A DNA stretch of 64,000 nucleotides from Bacteroidota bacterium (GTDB lineage Bacteria; Bacteroidota; Ignavibacteria; UBA10030): assembly GCA_026416125.1 (NCBI GenBank), contig JAOAFT010000006.1, positions 13,015 through 77,014 on the forward strand, in the 5' to 3' direction. How positions within the stretch are numbered: position 1 is the stretch's first letter; every line of letters starts with the position of its first letter. The notes beneath the pieces were generated by a model, which was given only the letters and a program-made list of their open reading frames with translations, had not been told where the DNA came from and made no database searches. The translations under genes and the position numbers were made by a program. This document shows, one piece after another, positions 1-10,449 of the stretch.

Positions 1-1865
1 GTAACAGAGGTTGAAAGTGTGTTGTATCTCGTTGTTGGAACAGAATGTTCGTTAAGCGTGTTGTTTGATTTTATTTCATATGCAACACTGAGGAGGACTC
101 TATTTTCCAATAACCGAATTCGATCAGAGATATTAACTCCTTGAATATCTGTTTGAATAAATTCATTTCCGAACGAAACGAACGATTTCCCACGGCGGAA
201 CCCAACTATCCGAATGAAATTATTAAAAAGATTGATCGTTAACTCTGATTCAATTGCCGTAGAAGGAAGTTTAGTTATTGGATCAAGGGGTGTTAAGTAC
301 TCATTGACAGTAATAAATGACCGTCCTAGTGATGCTACTCTTTTAAGATCTTCAGCCTCTTTTTTAGCTGTTTCACGTTCCGCAACGGTTTTGGTTGTAT
401 CATAAACGCCTTTTATTGAATCAATCGCTGCGTCGGATAAATTACCAGCACTGATGTCTGTATTCGAAAGGCTAAATGCCACTTGAGTTACCCACTTTAT
501 GCGTTGATCCGCCAACGCAAGCGTGAAGTCGGCACCTCCAACTATATTCTCTTTTGGATAGATACCATACTGTATAGACGACATATCATCTTTCGTTTTT
601 ACTACAGTAAACCCAAGTTGAAAATTTTCGCCACTTCCAAAACTTGGACGCATGGCAAACATTGTTCGCTTGTACGTACCAGCTTCAAACAATCGATACG
701 TCAATCCACCAAGGGGAAGTGATGCTTTTGGTCTACTACTTGCAGCAGAGGTATCAACGTACGAAGTATCTTTAATCACCGTCCCTTCAATCCGACGTTC
801 AGTTTGACCATAACTTACATCAAGGTTGAAAAAACCAAGTGTGAGGGAACCACTAACACCTCGTACCCTCTTTCCGCTCACAAAAAGCGATGGAAACACG
901 GGGTATGCATCACCTACTTGAAGTTTCAAATAATCATTCCATTGAATTGTCCCCAGAAATCTATTCTGAGGTTGGATCGTGTTCTTCTCTTCGTTCGTTA
1001 GGTGAACATCCAGAGCACCACTAAATGACCGATAGACAGCTCCAAGTTGTAAGTCCCCTCGAAGGTAGGTAGTAGAAGTATTCTCAATTTTCTCATTACG
1101 AAATTCGAGTTGAGAACTCCCATTAGTATGGAGTACTCTCTCTTGTTCTTTCAGTGTGGAAGATGTTAATAAATTAAAGGAAGTCACTTTAGTATAGTAT
1201 AATCTCCCAAGGGTGTCGTAAAGATGTATAGCAAGTGAATGTGCTCCAACGTCTAATACACGGCCAAAGGGAGCAGGATTGTATAAAATAACGTCATCTG
1301 AGAGTACTGTTTCAGACGTTACATCGATACCATCAAGGTACACTCGTGTCTTTTGCTTCGCAACGACATCGGAAGCATACAGGAGTGAAACCGCCACAAC
1401 AAAATCTTCTATCACAACAGTTTCACCTTGTTCTGGACTGAGTATGCGTACTTCAGAATCTTTTGGGTCTATACCTTCAACAGCGACTTTCACTGGATTG
1501 TCTTTTGGACTCTCTTCAGGGTAGAAGACTGAAGCTTGTTGTGTTTGGAGCTCAATGTAGTATTCAAAGTATGGTGGTGAAATGTGCCGGGCTGGTAGAG
1601 TTGCTATAGCCCAACGACCAGTAAGTACCATCTCCGTGCTTCGAAATTCGCTTTCTCCAAAACGTCTAAAGTATACTCGCGCACTATTAACAGAAACACC
1701 TGGAGATAATTGTGCACTGAGTGTAACCGCTTCTCCCTCACGTGCAGAAGATACTTTTACTTCAAGGATAAACTTAATTTGCTGTGCATAGTGTTGGTAA
1801 GAAAAGCATAGTAGTAGAAAAACAAAGGACAGAAACACCCCACACCTATTGCCATTTTTCTGCAT
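1..1865 (-). CDS. Hypothetical secreted/outer-membrane protein, 5' partial (runs off the window start). N-terminal signal peptide; the mature N-terminal domain is paralogous to the repeats of the downstream 562-aa protein.
   Basis: Manual translation of the minus strand from ATG (RC) near 1863-1865 gives MQKNGNRCGVFLSFVFLLLCFSYQHYAQQ... (signal peptide). The ORF stays open to position 1. It was missing from the ORF track because it is partial. It contains a FEYYIELQ...PVKVAV segment similar to FEYYVQFV...PATIGV in the next gene. Confidence 0.5.
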   Translation of the reverse strand, partial: MQKNGNRCGVFLSFVFLLLCFSYQHYAQQIKFILEVKVSSAREGEAVTLSAQLSPGVSVNSARVYFRRFGESEFRSTEMVLTGRWAIATLPARHISPPYFEYYIELQTQQASVFYPEESPKDNPVKVAVEGIDPKDSEVRILSPEQGETVVIEDFVVAVSLLYASDVVAKQKTRVYLDGIDVTSETVLSDDVILYNPAPFGRVLDVGAHSLAIHLYDTLGRLYYTKVTSFNLLTSSTLKEQERVLHTNGSSQLEFRNEKIENTSTTYLRGDLQLGAVYRSFSGALDVHLTNEEKNTIQPQNRFLGTIQWNDYLKLQVGDAYPVFPSLFVSGKRVRGVSGSLTLGFFNLDVSYGQTERRIEGTVIKDTSYVDTSAASSRPKASLPLGGLTYRLFEAGTYKRTMFAMRPSFGSGENFQLGFTVVKTKDDMSSIQYGIYPKENIVGGADFTLALADQRIKWVTQVAFSLSNTDISAGNLSDAAIDSIKGVYDTTKTVAERETAKKEAEDLKRVASLGRSFITVNEYLTPLDPITKLPSTAIESELTINLFNNFIRIVGFRRGKSFVSFGNEFIQTDIQGVNISDRIRLLENRVLLSVAYEIKSNNTLNEHSVPTTRYNTLSTSV

Positions 1866-1975
1866 ACCTACCCTCGCTTTGATTTATCGCAATATCGTAT
1901 AATTAGAAACGAATGCCTCCAGAGAATTATCACAGTGGATGTACACTCACCACAATCTATGAGCGAAACTGCTCT

Positions 1976-3634
1976 CTATTCATCCCACTTCAGCACAAGC
2001 ACACGTTTTTGCAATCCTCCTGTTTGACCAGGAATTCGCACTACCCTTTTAATTGGCTCAACTCCAATTGTTGCAGGTACTTCTTCACCACGCTCTGGAA
2101 TTACAACGACTGTATTGTTCTCGAGCACGAATTGTACATAGTACTCAAATCGTGGATACTTTATATACTTAGCTTCGATTTTTGACGCTGCTTGACGACC
2201 AGATATTGTCAACGGAAGTTCATTGAATTGAACATCACCAAACTTTCGATGAAAGAGCATTGCACTTTTTACCTTACCTGGAAAAGAAGAGAGATTTACA
2301 CGAACAAACCCATCGTTGCCAGATTTCAATCGACTGAATTCAACATTTATCCGTGCTTCACCACTTACAGTTACTACGAGAGGCGTGCTTGCTCCGGTTT
2401 CAGGTAAATATATTTCCTGCCCTCCTGTATCAGAAAGCACAAAGAAGTATTCTACAGATGGTGGCTGAACATCAAGTGCAGGAATTGTTCCTTGGGCTTT
2501 CCTATTTTTTACTGTAAGTTCAATATTCTTATACTCATTATCTCCTCCACGTCGGTAGAAAATGTGTACTTTTTGGATTTCACCCTTTGAAATTTCGAGT
2601 GAAACATTCAAGGGTTCAAAGCGTCGTGCTGGTTGTGGAAGAACAAAAGGCGTAGCAGCAATGTTTCCAGAGCTAAGTTCAGAAACTACTTTCACAGACA
2701 TTGGTGCACTTGCCCCTTCTTGGGGAATCGTTACCACCGTTCTTCCTAATGTTATAACAGCATAGTATTCTAAGGCCGGAGGTTGCACATGGGATCCAGG
2801 AATTTCTCCGCGCGCTCTATTGTTCTCAATCGCTAGCTGTAGAGTAGTGAACTGTTTTTCTTCAGATGTTTTATAAAAAAGTACTGCACTCCCTATCGAT
2901 TCTTTCTGTGATTGAACCTCAAGAACAACTGCCGTTGGCTTTCCGGCAACAGGACTAGGAACAAACCGAATTGTACCTGTGAGTTCGACTTCTTCATCTT
3001 TCTGTTGCTGTTCATCGCGAACATCTTGTCCACTTCGTATGTCGTTGAGTTCCTCTTCTGTTGCAGTAGCGACATCAAGCTTGCCGGTACTATCTGCAAT
3101 ACCTTTTTGTCCAGTACCTACGTTCATCGCTCTTCCGCTGAGGAGATTTGTAAATTCCGCTAATCCTTCAGTGATGATTAAGTTGTCTTCATTCCCCCCG
3201 GTGTTGTACCCCCCTTCTGTACCACGAATTGAAGCTACAGAAATAGGAGAAGAAAATCGGAATTGTTCGGTTTCTGCTTTCTTAACATTGAAGATGATAT
3301 TTCCACGATCCATGTGTACATTCCGATTCACAATCTGACGACCTTGTACTTCTCCTTGAATTGTTACAATCGATTTCTCACGCACAATAAGCTTCGATTG
3401 ATCAGCAAAGAGAATCATCGCAAGTGAACCTTTTTCTGTTTTTACTTCGTACCCTGATTTTAACTGGCTCAGAGGGACAGCTTTTTGCCAACCGCTTGCC
3501 GGTGCACGCATATTTACATCTCTTATGACTTTAATGACGTATGCAGTGATGTCCTTGGTGTTCTTTTGCGTGTTCTGGCCAAGAACCAATAGTGCAAGGA
3601 TAATTGCAACACTTGTAATGATTATTGGTTTCAT
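1976..3634 (-). CDS. Secreted protein with three tandem ~100-aa repeats of an unnamed domain (the ORF-track start is 3664; the likely start is MKPIII at 3634).
   Basis: Signal peptide MKPIIITSVAIILALLVLGQ. Internal repeats: ...PPALEYYAVITLGRTVVTIPQEGASAPMSV / ...PPSVEYFFVLSDTGGQEIYLPETGASTPLVV / ...PRFEYYVQFVLENNTVVVIPERGEEVPATI. Confidence 0.6.
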   Translation of the reverse strand: MKPIIITSVAIILALLVLGQNTQKNTKDITAYVIKVIRDVNMRAPASGWQKAVPLSQLKSGYEVKTEKGSLAMILFADQSKLIVREKSIVTIQGEVQGRQIVNRNVHMDRGNIIFNVKKAETEQFRFSSPISVASIRGTEGGYNTGGNEDNLIITEGLAEFTNLLSGRAMNVGTGQKGIADSTGKLDVATATEEELNDIRSGQDVRDEQQQKDEEVELTGTIRFVPSPVAGKPTAVVLEVQSQKESIGSAVLFYKTSEEKQFTTLQLAIENNRARGEIPGSHVQPPALEYYAVITLGRTVVTIPQEGASAPMSVKVVSELSSGNIAATPFVLPQPARRFEPLNVSLEISKGEIQKVHIFYRRGGDNEYKNIELTVKNRKAQGTIPALDVQPPSVEYFFVLSDTGGQEIYLPETGASTPLVVTVSGEARINVEFSRLKSGNDGFVRVNLSSFPGKVKSAMLFHRKFGDVQFNELPLTISGRQAASKIEAKYIKYPRFEYYVQFVLENNTVVVIPERGEEVPATIGVEPIKRVVRIPGQTGGLQKRVLVLKWDE

Positions 3635-3650
3635 AGCACATTCCTCCCTC

Positions 3651-4805
3651 TCATTGGTTCTCAATAGTTACCGAAACACCGGATGTTCCCTTTTGTTCTA
3701 AACTATTGAGAAGTTCTTCTAATTCATCGGCAGTAATGATTTTCCCATCAACCATTATTGAACCATACGTTTGCCATGCTACCCAGTTCGTAGGTTCAGA
3801 GCGAAGAGCTGTGTACCGAGCTGCAGCGTCGGATGGTTGACTACTAAAAAATTTTTCGAGTATTTTGCCCACACGATCTGTCGTAATACGGAACACAACC
3901 GGTTTACTGGATCGTTCTACTTTCCCTCTATTGGTATTCACAAGCGCACTTATTTGAACAACATATGCTTTCTCGTACTCAAGTTTTCGCTCCGCATCGG
4001 CAGGGTATGTGTACGTTGTTACACCTGAAAGCTCACGAACAAGAACAGGACGAGCTGCGGAAACAGCATCTTGGGGTGATCGATGTCCTCGACCAACTTC
4101 AAATATTCTTAGAATAACATCTTGGGCAGTTGTCGTCCAGGTAAATGTCGGTGTCAGAGTAGTTAGAATAGCTCCATTCGATGGTTCTACAATTTCGACG
4201 TAGACTTCTTCAACATTACTTCGACTTATAACAATTGTTTCTGATGTCGAACCCACTTTTTGCCGAAGTGCATTATAAGCTGTAAGAACAATTCTATATG
4301 TTCCGGGTGGTACAGTAACAGTTGCTTGCGCTAAGTCTTCAATCCGTTTTCGAAGCCTTGTATTTTCAAAGTAGTTTTCGTTTACAATATAAATTTCACC
4401 TGACCTGGTAGTAAAATCGAAGGCAGTTAATGTTCGTCGTCCATTGATTTGAAATAGATTTGTCTTACCACGTACAATGAGATCACTTTGTGCATCGCCC
4501 TGGAGTTGCACAAATACTTCCGCAACAAGGTAAATTCTTCCACGTCCCTCAGGGGGGTCTATCACTTCGATATCAACCGAAACACCAGATATTGTTGGAC
4601 TCAATTTCTGCTCGCGAACATTGATGAAGTCTGCAAGATATACCATCTCATATTCTGGACGAGTTACTGTTATTCGTACTTCTTTAATTGGATTTACTAC
4701 TGATTGAGCAACCAGAAGAAAACAAACACTACTCTGGACTAAAAATCCTATAACTACAAATAGGATTGGCCTCCGCATTTTTGATTTCTTTATATTATTA
4801 TTCAT
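3651..4805 (-). CDS. Hypothetical secreted/membrane-anchored protein. It overlaps the downstream gene by 14 nt, which suggests translational coupling.
   Basis: N-terminal hydrophobic segment ILFVVIGFLVQSSVCFLLVAQS. No recognisable catalytic motif. Confidence 0.5.
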   Translation of the reverse strand: MNNNIKKSKMRRPILFVVIGFLVQSSVCFLLVAQSVVNPIKEVRITVTRPEYEMVYLADFINVREQKLSPTISGVSVDIEVIDPPEGRGRIYLVAEVFVQLQGDAQSDLIVRGKTNLFQINGRRTLTAFDFTTRSGEIYIVNENYFENTRLRKRIEDLAQATVTVPPGTYRIVLTAYNALRQKVGSTSETIVISRSNVEEVYVEIVEPSNGAILTTLTPTFTWTTTAQDVILRIFEVGRGHRSPQDAVSAARPVLVRELSGVTTYTYPADAERKLEYEKAYVVQISALVNTNRGKVERSSKPVVFRITTDRVGKILEKFFSSQPSDAAARYTALRSEPTNWVAWQTYGSIMVDGKIITADELEELLNSLEQKGTSGVSVTIENQ

Positions 4806-4893
4806 AGTACACTCCTTCCTATAAATACCTCACTCGCAAAGTACTGCGACTCCCTTTCTTTTCCTTTGACTACAATCACACAGGTGCGGTGGA

Positions 4894-6207
4894 TCAAAAA
4901 TTCACTATGTCATTATACAACACAAACGCCATAAACACAAGCAAGAGCGCAAAGCCTACTTTCTGCAGAACAATCACCACTTTGTCAGGCACTGGGCGCC
5001 TAAATATAGCTTCATAGAGTACGAGAAGTAGATGTCCACCATCGAGAGCTGGAAATGGTAAAATGTTTAAGAGCGCCAAGCTTATGCTGAGCAATGCAAC
5101 GAACCCCCAGAACGCTAATGCTCCACTTTCAGCGGAACGACTGGCAAGTTGTGCTATTTTTACAGGTCCACCAACTGATTGACGAAATGAGACTTTGCCA
5201 GCTACAATTTGTGCGATATTTGTTAAGAATAATTTTGTCGTTAACACTACTTCCCGAATACTTATTGGGAATGCCTCAAGCACAGTGTACTTCTCATGAA
5301 TTTGAGGACCGACGTACCCCATTTCGAGCATAATACCAAGTCTACCTTCAGTTGTAGGGACTACTCTTGCTTCTTTTACTTCATCCGCATGTTTCCAGGT
5401 AAGTATCAATTCTTTCCCAGCATGAGCTTTTACAATTGAAGGAAGTTCACCAAAGTGTACAGATTTTCCATTCACAGCAAGAATTGTATCGCCCGCTACA
5501 AGCCCTATTTGATCTGCTGGCTTCCCTGGCTCAACCATCCCCACTACAGGGACTAATCCAACTGGGAGCATGCCAAATTGTTCATCGATCATGTTTGGCA
5601 TCATCGATTGTGGAATGGTAACCGTAACAGTCTGATTCTCACGAAGAACCTCAATGGTCACAATTGCTGAAAGATTTTCAGCAAAAAGCTCGCTCTCTAT
5701 TTCGTTCCACTGTTTTACATGTTTTCCATTGATACTTAGAATCTTATCACCGACCCTAAGCCCCACTTTTTCTGCTGGGCTTTCTGCTTTGATGTAGCCG
5801 ATTTCTGTGACAGGACGGATGATTTTCCCTTGCGAATAAATAATCCCCCAAAAGATGAGAATCGCAAGAAGGATGTTCATCACTACTCCAGCAGAAAGTA
5901 CTATTGCACGTTGCCAGAGGGGTTTAGCTCGGAATTCCCATGGTTGAGGTTCTCGGTGTAAAAAATCTGTATCAAAGCTTTCATCCACCATGCCTGCAAT
6001 TTTAACGTAACCACCAATTGGAATCCACGAAATACAATAATCGGTTTCTCCAATTTTTTTCCCAAACGCGCGTGGTGGAAAACCTATACTGAACACTTCC
6101 ACACGCATCTTAAATAACTTTGCTGCAACGAAGTGACCCAGTTCATGAACAAGTACAAGAATACCAATTGTAATAATGAAGTAAAAGATCGTGCTGAGAA
6201 TTTCCAT
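4894..6207 (-). CDS. rseP: RseP-type site-2 protease (M50 zinc metalloprotease with PDZ domains).
   Basis: HELGH motif in the first transmembrane helix (LVHELGHFVAAKLF). Two PDZ-like segments and a C-terminal LDGG motif. Typical ~440 aa length. Sits in its classic position next to dxr. Confidence 0.9.
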   Translation of the reverse strand: MEILSTIFYFIITIGILVLVHELGHFVAAKLFKMRVEVFSIGFPPRAFGKKIGETDYCISWIPIGGYVKIAGMVDESFDTDFLHREPQPWEFRAKPLWQRAIVLSAGVVMNILLAILIFWGIIYSQGKIIRPVTEIGYIKAESPAEKVGLRVGDKILSINGKHVKQWNEIESELFAENLSAIVTIEVLRENQTVTVTIPQSMMPNMIDEQFGMLPVGLVPVVGMVEPGKPADQIGLVAGDTILAVNGKSVHFGELPSIVKAHAGKELILTWKHADEVKEARVVPTTEGRLGIMLEMGYVGPQIHEKYTVLEAFPISIREVVLTTKLFLTNIAQIVAGKVSFRQSVGGPVKIAQLASRSAESGALAFWGFVALLSISLALLNILPFPALDGGHLLLVLYEAIFRRPVPDKVVIVLQKVGFALLLVFMAFVLYNDIVNF

Positions 6208-6235
6208 ACTACTCCTTACATATTGTTACACAGGA

Positions 6236-7390
6236 TTATGCCAACAAGTTACGAACAAATTCACGCGTTGTACGGTCCGCTTCTAGAGTTTGCTCAAATT
6301 CTGGTACCCTATGGTTACGTTGGGCGGCAAGAGATTGTTCTATCAATTGTGGAATCCGATCGAATGTAATTTTCCTTTCAAGAAATGCGTGTACAGCAAC
6401 CTCATTTGCAGCGTTCAAAACAGCTGGAGCTGTTCCACCTAACGTGAGTGCATCGTATGCTAGTTGAAGACATCGGAATTTTACCAAGTCTGGTGCAAGA
6501 AATGTTAGACACTGAAGTTGTGGGAAGTTCACAGTGCAAACCTCTAGTGGCAGCCGATCTGGGTATGTAAGCGCATATTGGATAGGGATTTTCATGTCTG
6601 GGTACCCGAGTTGCGCTTTAATAGAGCCATCGATAAACTCGACCATCGAGTGAATAATTGATTGTGGATGAATAACAACTTCTATGTGTTGAGGTTCAAG
6701 GTTAAAGAGCCAGTGTGCTTCGATTACTTCTAACCCTTTATTCATTAATGTTGCAGAATCGATTGTGATCTTATTCCCCATTTTCCAATTTGGATGTTTC
6801 AGTGCTTCTTCCACCGTTATCGAGGGAAACTGTTCAGCAGGTGTATTCAGGAATGGTCCGCCTGAAGCGGTGAGAATTATTTTCTTCACCGTTGATCGTT
6901 CTTCACCTGTCAGGCACTGGAGAATCGCACTGTGTTCGCTATCGATCGGAACAATTGGAACATTATACTCTCGGGCAAGTGTAGTTACTATAGCACCAGC
7001 AACAACGAGTGTTTCTTTGTTTGCAAGGGCAATGTGTTTTCTATGTGTTATTGCTTCAATTGTCGGTCGTAATCCAGCAAAACCAACAAGGGCATTAAGG
7101 ACGATATCGACATTGTCCCTCCGTACCACTTCGAGAAGCCCTTCTGTCCCTACCAATACCTCCACACCTTCAATGCGCTTCTTCAATTTTTCCGCTTGGC
7201 TAGGATTTAGCACAACCACTCCATATGGATGAACCTGTCGAATTTGGTACTCTAGAAGTTCAATATTTACATTCGTTGTAAGGTAGGTTATCCGGAACCG
7301 ATCTCTCAAGTTCTTCAACACCGCAATACTACTTTGCCCGATTGATCCAGTTGAACCAAGTATTGCTATATTCTTAGGATTTACACACAT
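6236..7390 (-). CDS. dxr: 1-deoxy-D-xylulose 5-phosphate reductoisomerase.
   Basis: N-terminal NADPH-binding motif ILGSTGSIGQSSIAVL. Full-length Dxr architecture (384 aa). Confidence 0.9.
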   Translation of the reverse strand: MCVNPKNIAILGSTGSIGQSSIAVLKNLRDRFRITYLTTNVNIELLEYQIRQVHPYGVVVLNPSQAEKLKKRIEGVEVLVGTEGLLEVVRRDNVDIVLNALVGFAGLRPTIEAITHRKHIALANKETLVVAGAIVTTLAREYNVPIVPIDSEHSAILQCLTGEERSTVKKIILTASGGPFLNTPAEQFPSITVEEALKHPNWKMGNKITIDSATLMNKGLEVIEAHWLFNLEPQHIEVVIHPQSIIHSMVEFIDGSIKAQLGYPDMKIPIQYALTYPDRLPLEVCTVNFPQLQCLTFLAPDLVKFRCLQLAYDALTLGGTAPAVLNAANEVAVHAFLERKITFDRIPQLIEQSLAAQRNHRVPEFEQTLEADRTTREFVRNLLA

Positions 7391-7493
7391 ATCAATTTCA
7401 AAGTAAAGAAATTAGACAGTGTTGTCAAGAAATGGATAGTTCTCCGATTTCTTTGGCTATCGTCAATCGTTTGTACACATTCGTTGTATCCGG

Positions 7494-8255
7494 TCAAATG
7501 GTATGTTCGTTACCTAAAAAAAATAGTGTTTCGAGTTTGTGAGTACAGGGATATACTAAAAATTCGCTTTTGTAGGAGCGTACCTTTTGGAAAAGGAAGA
7601 AAATACCCCACGCCATTGTTGGAAGTAGTGTTGATAATGGTTTTGCGAGTACAGGTGGCAATGGGTAGAAATTACTCCCAGCAAACTTGTGAAGTATGTA
7701 CCCTTGCGGAAAACAGGCACTTAAAAATTTCATCAAATCGCTTTTTGTGTACCCACGAAGGTGAGCGGAATAATTTTGGATACACGTTGGTTGTTTCCCA
7801 AAAGCTAGAAGTACCCGATTGTGAAATGAGGCGAGATTTGGAACACCAATAATGATAAATCCGCCCACGCGAAGTACACGTGTTGCCTCATGGAATACCC
7901 AGAATATTTCTTTGATATGTTCAAAAATTTGGTTTGCTATGATGACATCTACTGATTCAGTTGACAATGGAATTTTCTCCCGCTCAATATTGAGAGTATG
8001 GACAATTATACCATTAGCCTGCAATTCTTTTATGTATTCCGGTTCGATTTCTATTGCATGGAGCTCGCACGATGTGTTATACTCGCGAGCACGAATAAGG
8101 TCGATTCCCCACCCGGCACCGATATCAAGTACAACGTTCCCATTGGTTGTACAAAGGGCTTCCGAAAGGAAACGACGTACAATGTGTCGGCCATAATTTA
8201 GAGAACGGTCTATAACAGGAGTGAGTAGATCTTTATTGTTCATACGTGATCCCAC
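7494..8255 (-). CDS. Class I SAM-dependent methyltransferase.
   Basis: Methyltransferase motif I VLDIGAGWGIDLI and a post-I acidic residue. About 250 aa. Confidence 0.7.
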   Translation of the reverse strand: MGSRMNNKDLLTPVIDRSLNYGRHIVRRFLSEALCTTNGNVVLDIGAGWGIDLIRAREYNTSCELHAIEIEPEYIKELQANGIIVHTLNIEREKIPLSTESVDVIIANQIFEHIKEIFWVFHEATRVLRVGGFIIIGVPNLASFHNRVLLAFGKQPTCIQNYSAHLRGYTKSDLMKFLSACFPQGYILHKFAGSNFYPLPPVLAKPLSTLLPTMAWGIFFLFQKVRSYKSEFLVYPCTHKLETLFFLGNEHTI

Positions 8256-9243
8256 AATCTTGTAGTGCTGCTTCGAGAATTTCTTGGTTCTTTAGCCCTT
8301 CTTCACCAGGTACTGGTGGTTCTGTATTATCGAGTATCGCATCCGAGAAAAGGGTAATCTCCCGTTCGTAGAGATTTGGTACAAATTCATGGTGGTACTG
8401 TGGAGGTTCCGCAAGCCCGTTCTTTCCATCAACGATTACAATGTCAACCTCTTGATCACTCATGGTAAAATCTGATAAAGCTACGATACTTTCTGTCCCT
8501 ATAAGTTCAATAATTGACCGACGAAAAGGAGTTTCGAATGAGCACATCACTGATCCAAGTACCCCACTGGCAAACTGGAGGTTTACGATTGCAGTACTTT
8601 CCGTTCTTTCTTCAGTTGGAGTTGGGACCAAGTGCCCTTTAACAGAAACTACTTCTTCTCCAAGGATGTACCTCATTGTATCAACGCAATGTACACCAAT
8701 ATCGAACCATGGACCTCCTCCAGCAAGACGCCGATTGTATAACCACGTTCTGGGAGAACGTCGAGCATCGTAAACATATTCAGCACGAATGTATTGTAGT
8801 GTTCCCATTGTACCAGCTCTTACCAATTTCCTTAACCACTGAATTGCTGGCGAAAACCGAACCATATGTGCAACCATCAATTTTACATTGTTCTCACGAC
8901 ATGTATCAATCATCATCCTGGCTTCACGAGTATTCACAGCCATAGGTTTCTCTACAATCACATGTTTCTTTGCTTTTGCCGCACATACAGTCTGTTCTGC
9001 ATGGAGTGCGTTGGGCGAGCAAATAAATACTGCATCCACATCTGGGTGATGTACAAGTTCCTCAACTGATGCAAAAGCATAGGGAATGTTGAGCTGTTCT
9101 GCTTTTGCTTGTGCTTCACCGAGTGATTGTTTCTGGAGTGCAATGAGTTCTGAGTTTGGTGATTCGAGAATCGCTGGAGCAATCGACCGTTCTGCAAAAC
9201 GTCCATATCCAAGAATGCCATACCGTACTTTACGTTGTTCCAT
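8233..9243 (-). CDS. Gfo/Idh/MocA family NAD(P)-dependent oxidoreductase.
   Basis: N-terminal Rossmann motif VRYGILGYGRFAERSIAPAI. EKP motif (VIVEKPMA) characteristic of the Gfo/Idh/MocA family. Confidence 0.8.
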   Translation of the reverse strand: MEQRKVRYGILGYGRFAERSIAPAILESPNSELIALQKQSLGEAQAKAEQLNIPYAFASVEELVHHPDVDAVFICSPNALHAEQTVCAAKAKKHVIVEKPMAVNTREARMMIDTCRENNVKLMVAHMVRFSPAIQWLRKLVRAGTMGTLQYIRAEYVYDARRSPRTWLYNRRLAGGGPWFDIGVHCVDTMRYILGEEVVSVKGHLVPTPTEERTESTAIVNLQFASGVLGSVMCSFETPFRRSIIELIGTESIVALSDFTMSDQEVDIVIVDGKNGLAEPPQYHHEFVPNLYEREITLFSDAILDNTEPPVPGEEGLKNQEILEAALQDCGITYEQ

Positions 9244-9261
9244 AGTACACTCCGGAAAATG

Positions 9262-10449
9262 TTATTGTTTTTCAGCAAACTGAATTACCACTTGTTGGGG
9301 CTGAATGTATTCAACCGAAAGACCTTCGGGAAACACAATGTTCGATCGGGTAATTGTCCTTCGATATGTCCCCTCTCGGCCATTAAAGATTTTCACTGTC
9401 ACTTTTAATGTCTTCTCATTCAAAAAGAGAAACAAGCGTCGCGGACCAGAGAATGTTACTTCTATTTCCTGTGGATCAATCCGTTTCGCAACGAGTGTTG
9501 CAGGTACATTTTCGAGTTCTACTGGTAGTATGTACGTCCGATAATCAATCTTTGATTCATGAACAAAGAAGAACCAGAGAATAATTGTTGCAGCGATAGC
9601 AAGAAGCATTTCTCGATAGTTTTGTTTAAAAAAATTCTGGAATGGTTTTGATTCCAGTGGTGGTGTAACTTCCTGGTAAAATGCTTCCAACTTTAAGCGG
9701 AGTTCTTCTGCATCTTTCATTACCATTATATCGCCATTCCGAGCAACAGAAATAGTACCTTTTTCTTCTGAAACAACGATACAGAACGCATCGGTTACTT
9801 CTGCAAGACCTAACGCAGCAGCATGGCGCGTACCGGCCTTTTGAAGTTTTCTCAAGTTTTTTGAAAGTGGGAGGTAGCATGAAAATTCTGTTATTTTATT
9901 TCCTTCTATTATTACCGCACCATCGTGTGTTGGAGCACCCGGTGTAAAGAGTGTTTCGAGTACTTGCTCGCTTACTTCACCGTTCAAATCAACACCCCCA
10001 TTGAGATGACGTACGATCGGATCTTTCCCCCTGATTGCAATGAGTGCACCAATCCGATCGTTAGCCAGAGAGTGCACTGCATTCACAATTGCATCTACAC
10101 GGCGTTCCCATCGACTGAAAATACGACGCTGGTGACGTCGCCGGAACAAACTCCGACTGGCAAGTTGTTCAAGGAACCGTTTAATTTCTTCTTGAAAAAT
10201 AATGACAACAGCAATTAAAATTATTGCAAAGAATCCCTGAAACATTGTTGTCGTAAGGAGCAAATCGAGCTGACGAGCTATAAGGTACGCCGCACCTACC
10301 ATAAAGAGACCAAGTGCAGCAAACCCAGCATGTGTTCTCTTAAACCACACAAGGAGCGAATAAATAAAAAGTGTCATAACAAGTATATCAATTAACCCCG
10401 TCACCCCTACAGTTTCCCATAGCTCAGCCATTGTTTTCACTCCTTTCAA
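9262..10449 (-). CDS. cdaA: Diadenylate cyclase CdaA (3 TM + DAC domain) with a C-terminally fused TM + YbbR (CdaR-like) domain.
   Basis: Three N-terminal transmembrane helices. DAC motifs DGAVII and GTRHAAALG. About 130 extra C-terminal residues include a TM helix (LLAIAATIILWFFFV) and a YbbR-like segment (ILPVELENVP...EVTFSG). Confidence 0.8.
   Translation of the reverse strand: MKGVKTMAELWETVGVTGLIDILVMTLFIYSLLVWFKRTHAGFAALGLFMVGAAYLIARQLDLLLTTTMFQGFFAIILIAVVIIFQEEIKRFLEQLASRSLFRRRHQRRIFSRWERRVDAIVNAVHSLANDRIGALIAIRGKDPIVRHLNGGVDLNGEVSEQVLETLFTPGAPTHDGAVIIEGNKITEFSCYLPLSKNLRKLQKAGTRHAAALGLAEVTDAFCIVVSEEKGTISVARNGDIMVMKDAEELRLKLEAFYQEVTPPLESKPFQNFFKQNYREMLLAIAATIILWFFFVHESKIDYRTYILPVELENVPATLVAKRIDPQEIEVTFSGPRRLFLFLNEKTLKVTVKIFNGREGTYRRTITRSNIVFPEGLSVEYIQPQQVVIQFAEKQ

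Noticed and set aside
214-1791. Series of + strand ORFs (63-81 aa) rich in Ser/Thr at the window start.
   Set aside because: They are antisense-frame artefacts of the long minus-strand secreted-protein gene (1..1865). No start context or conservation signal.
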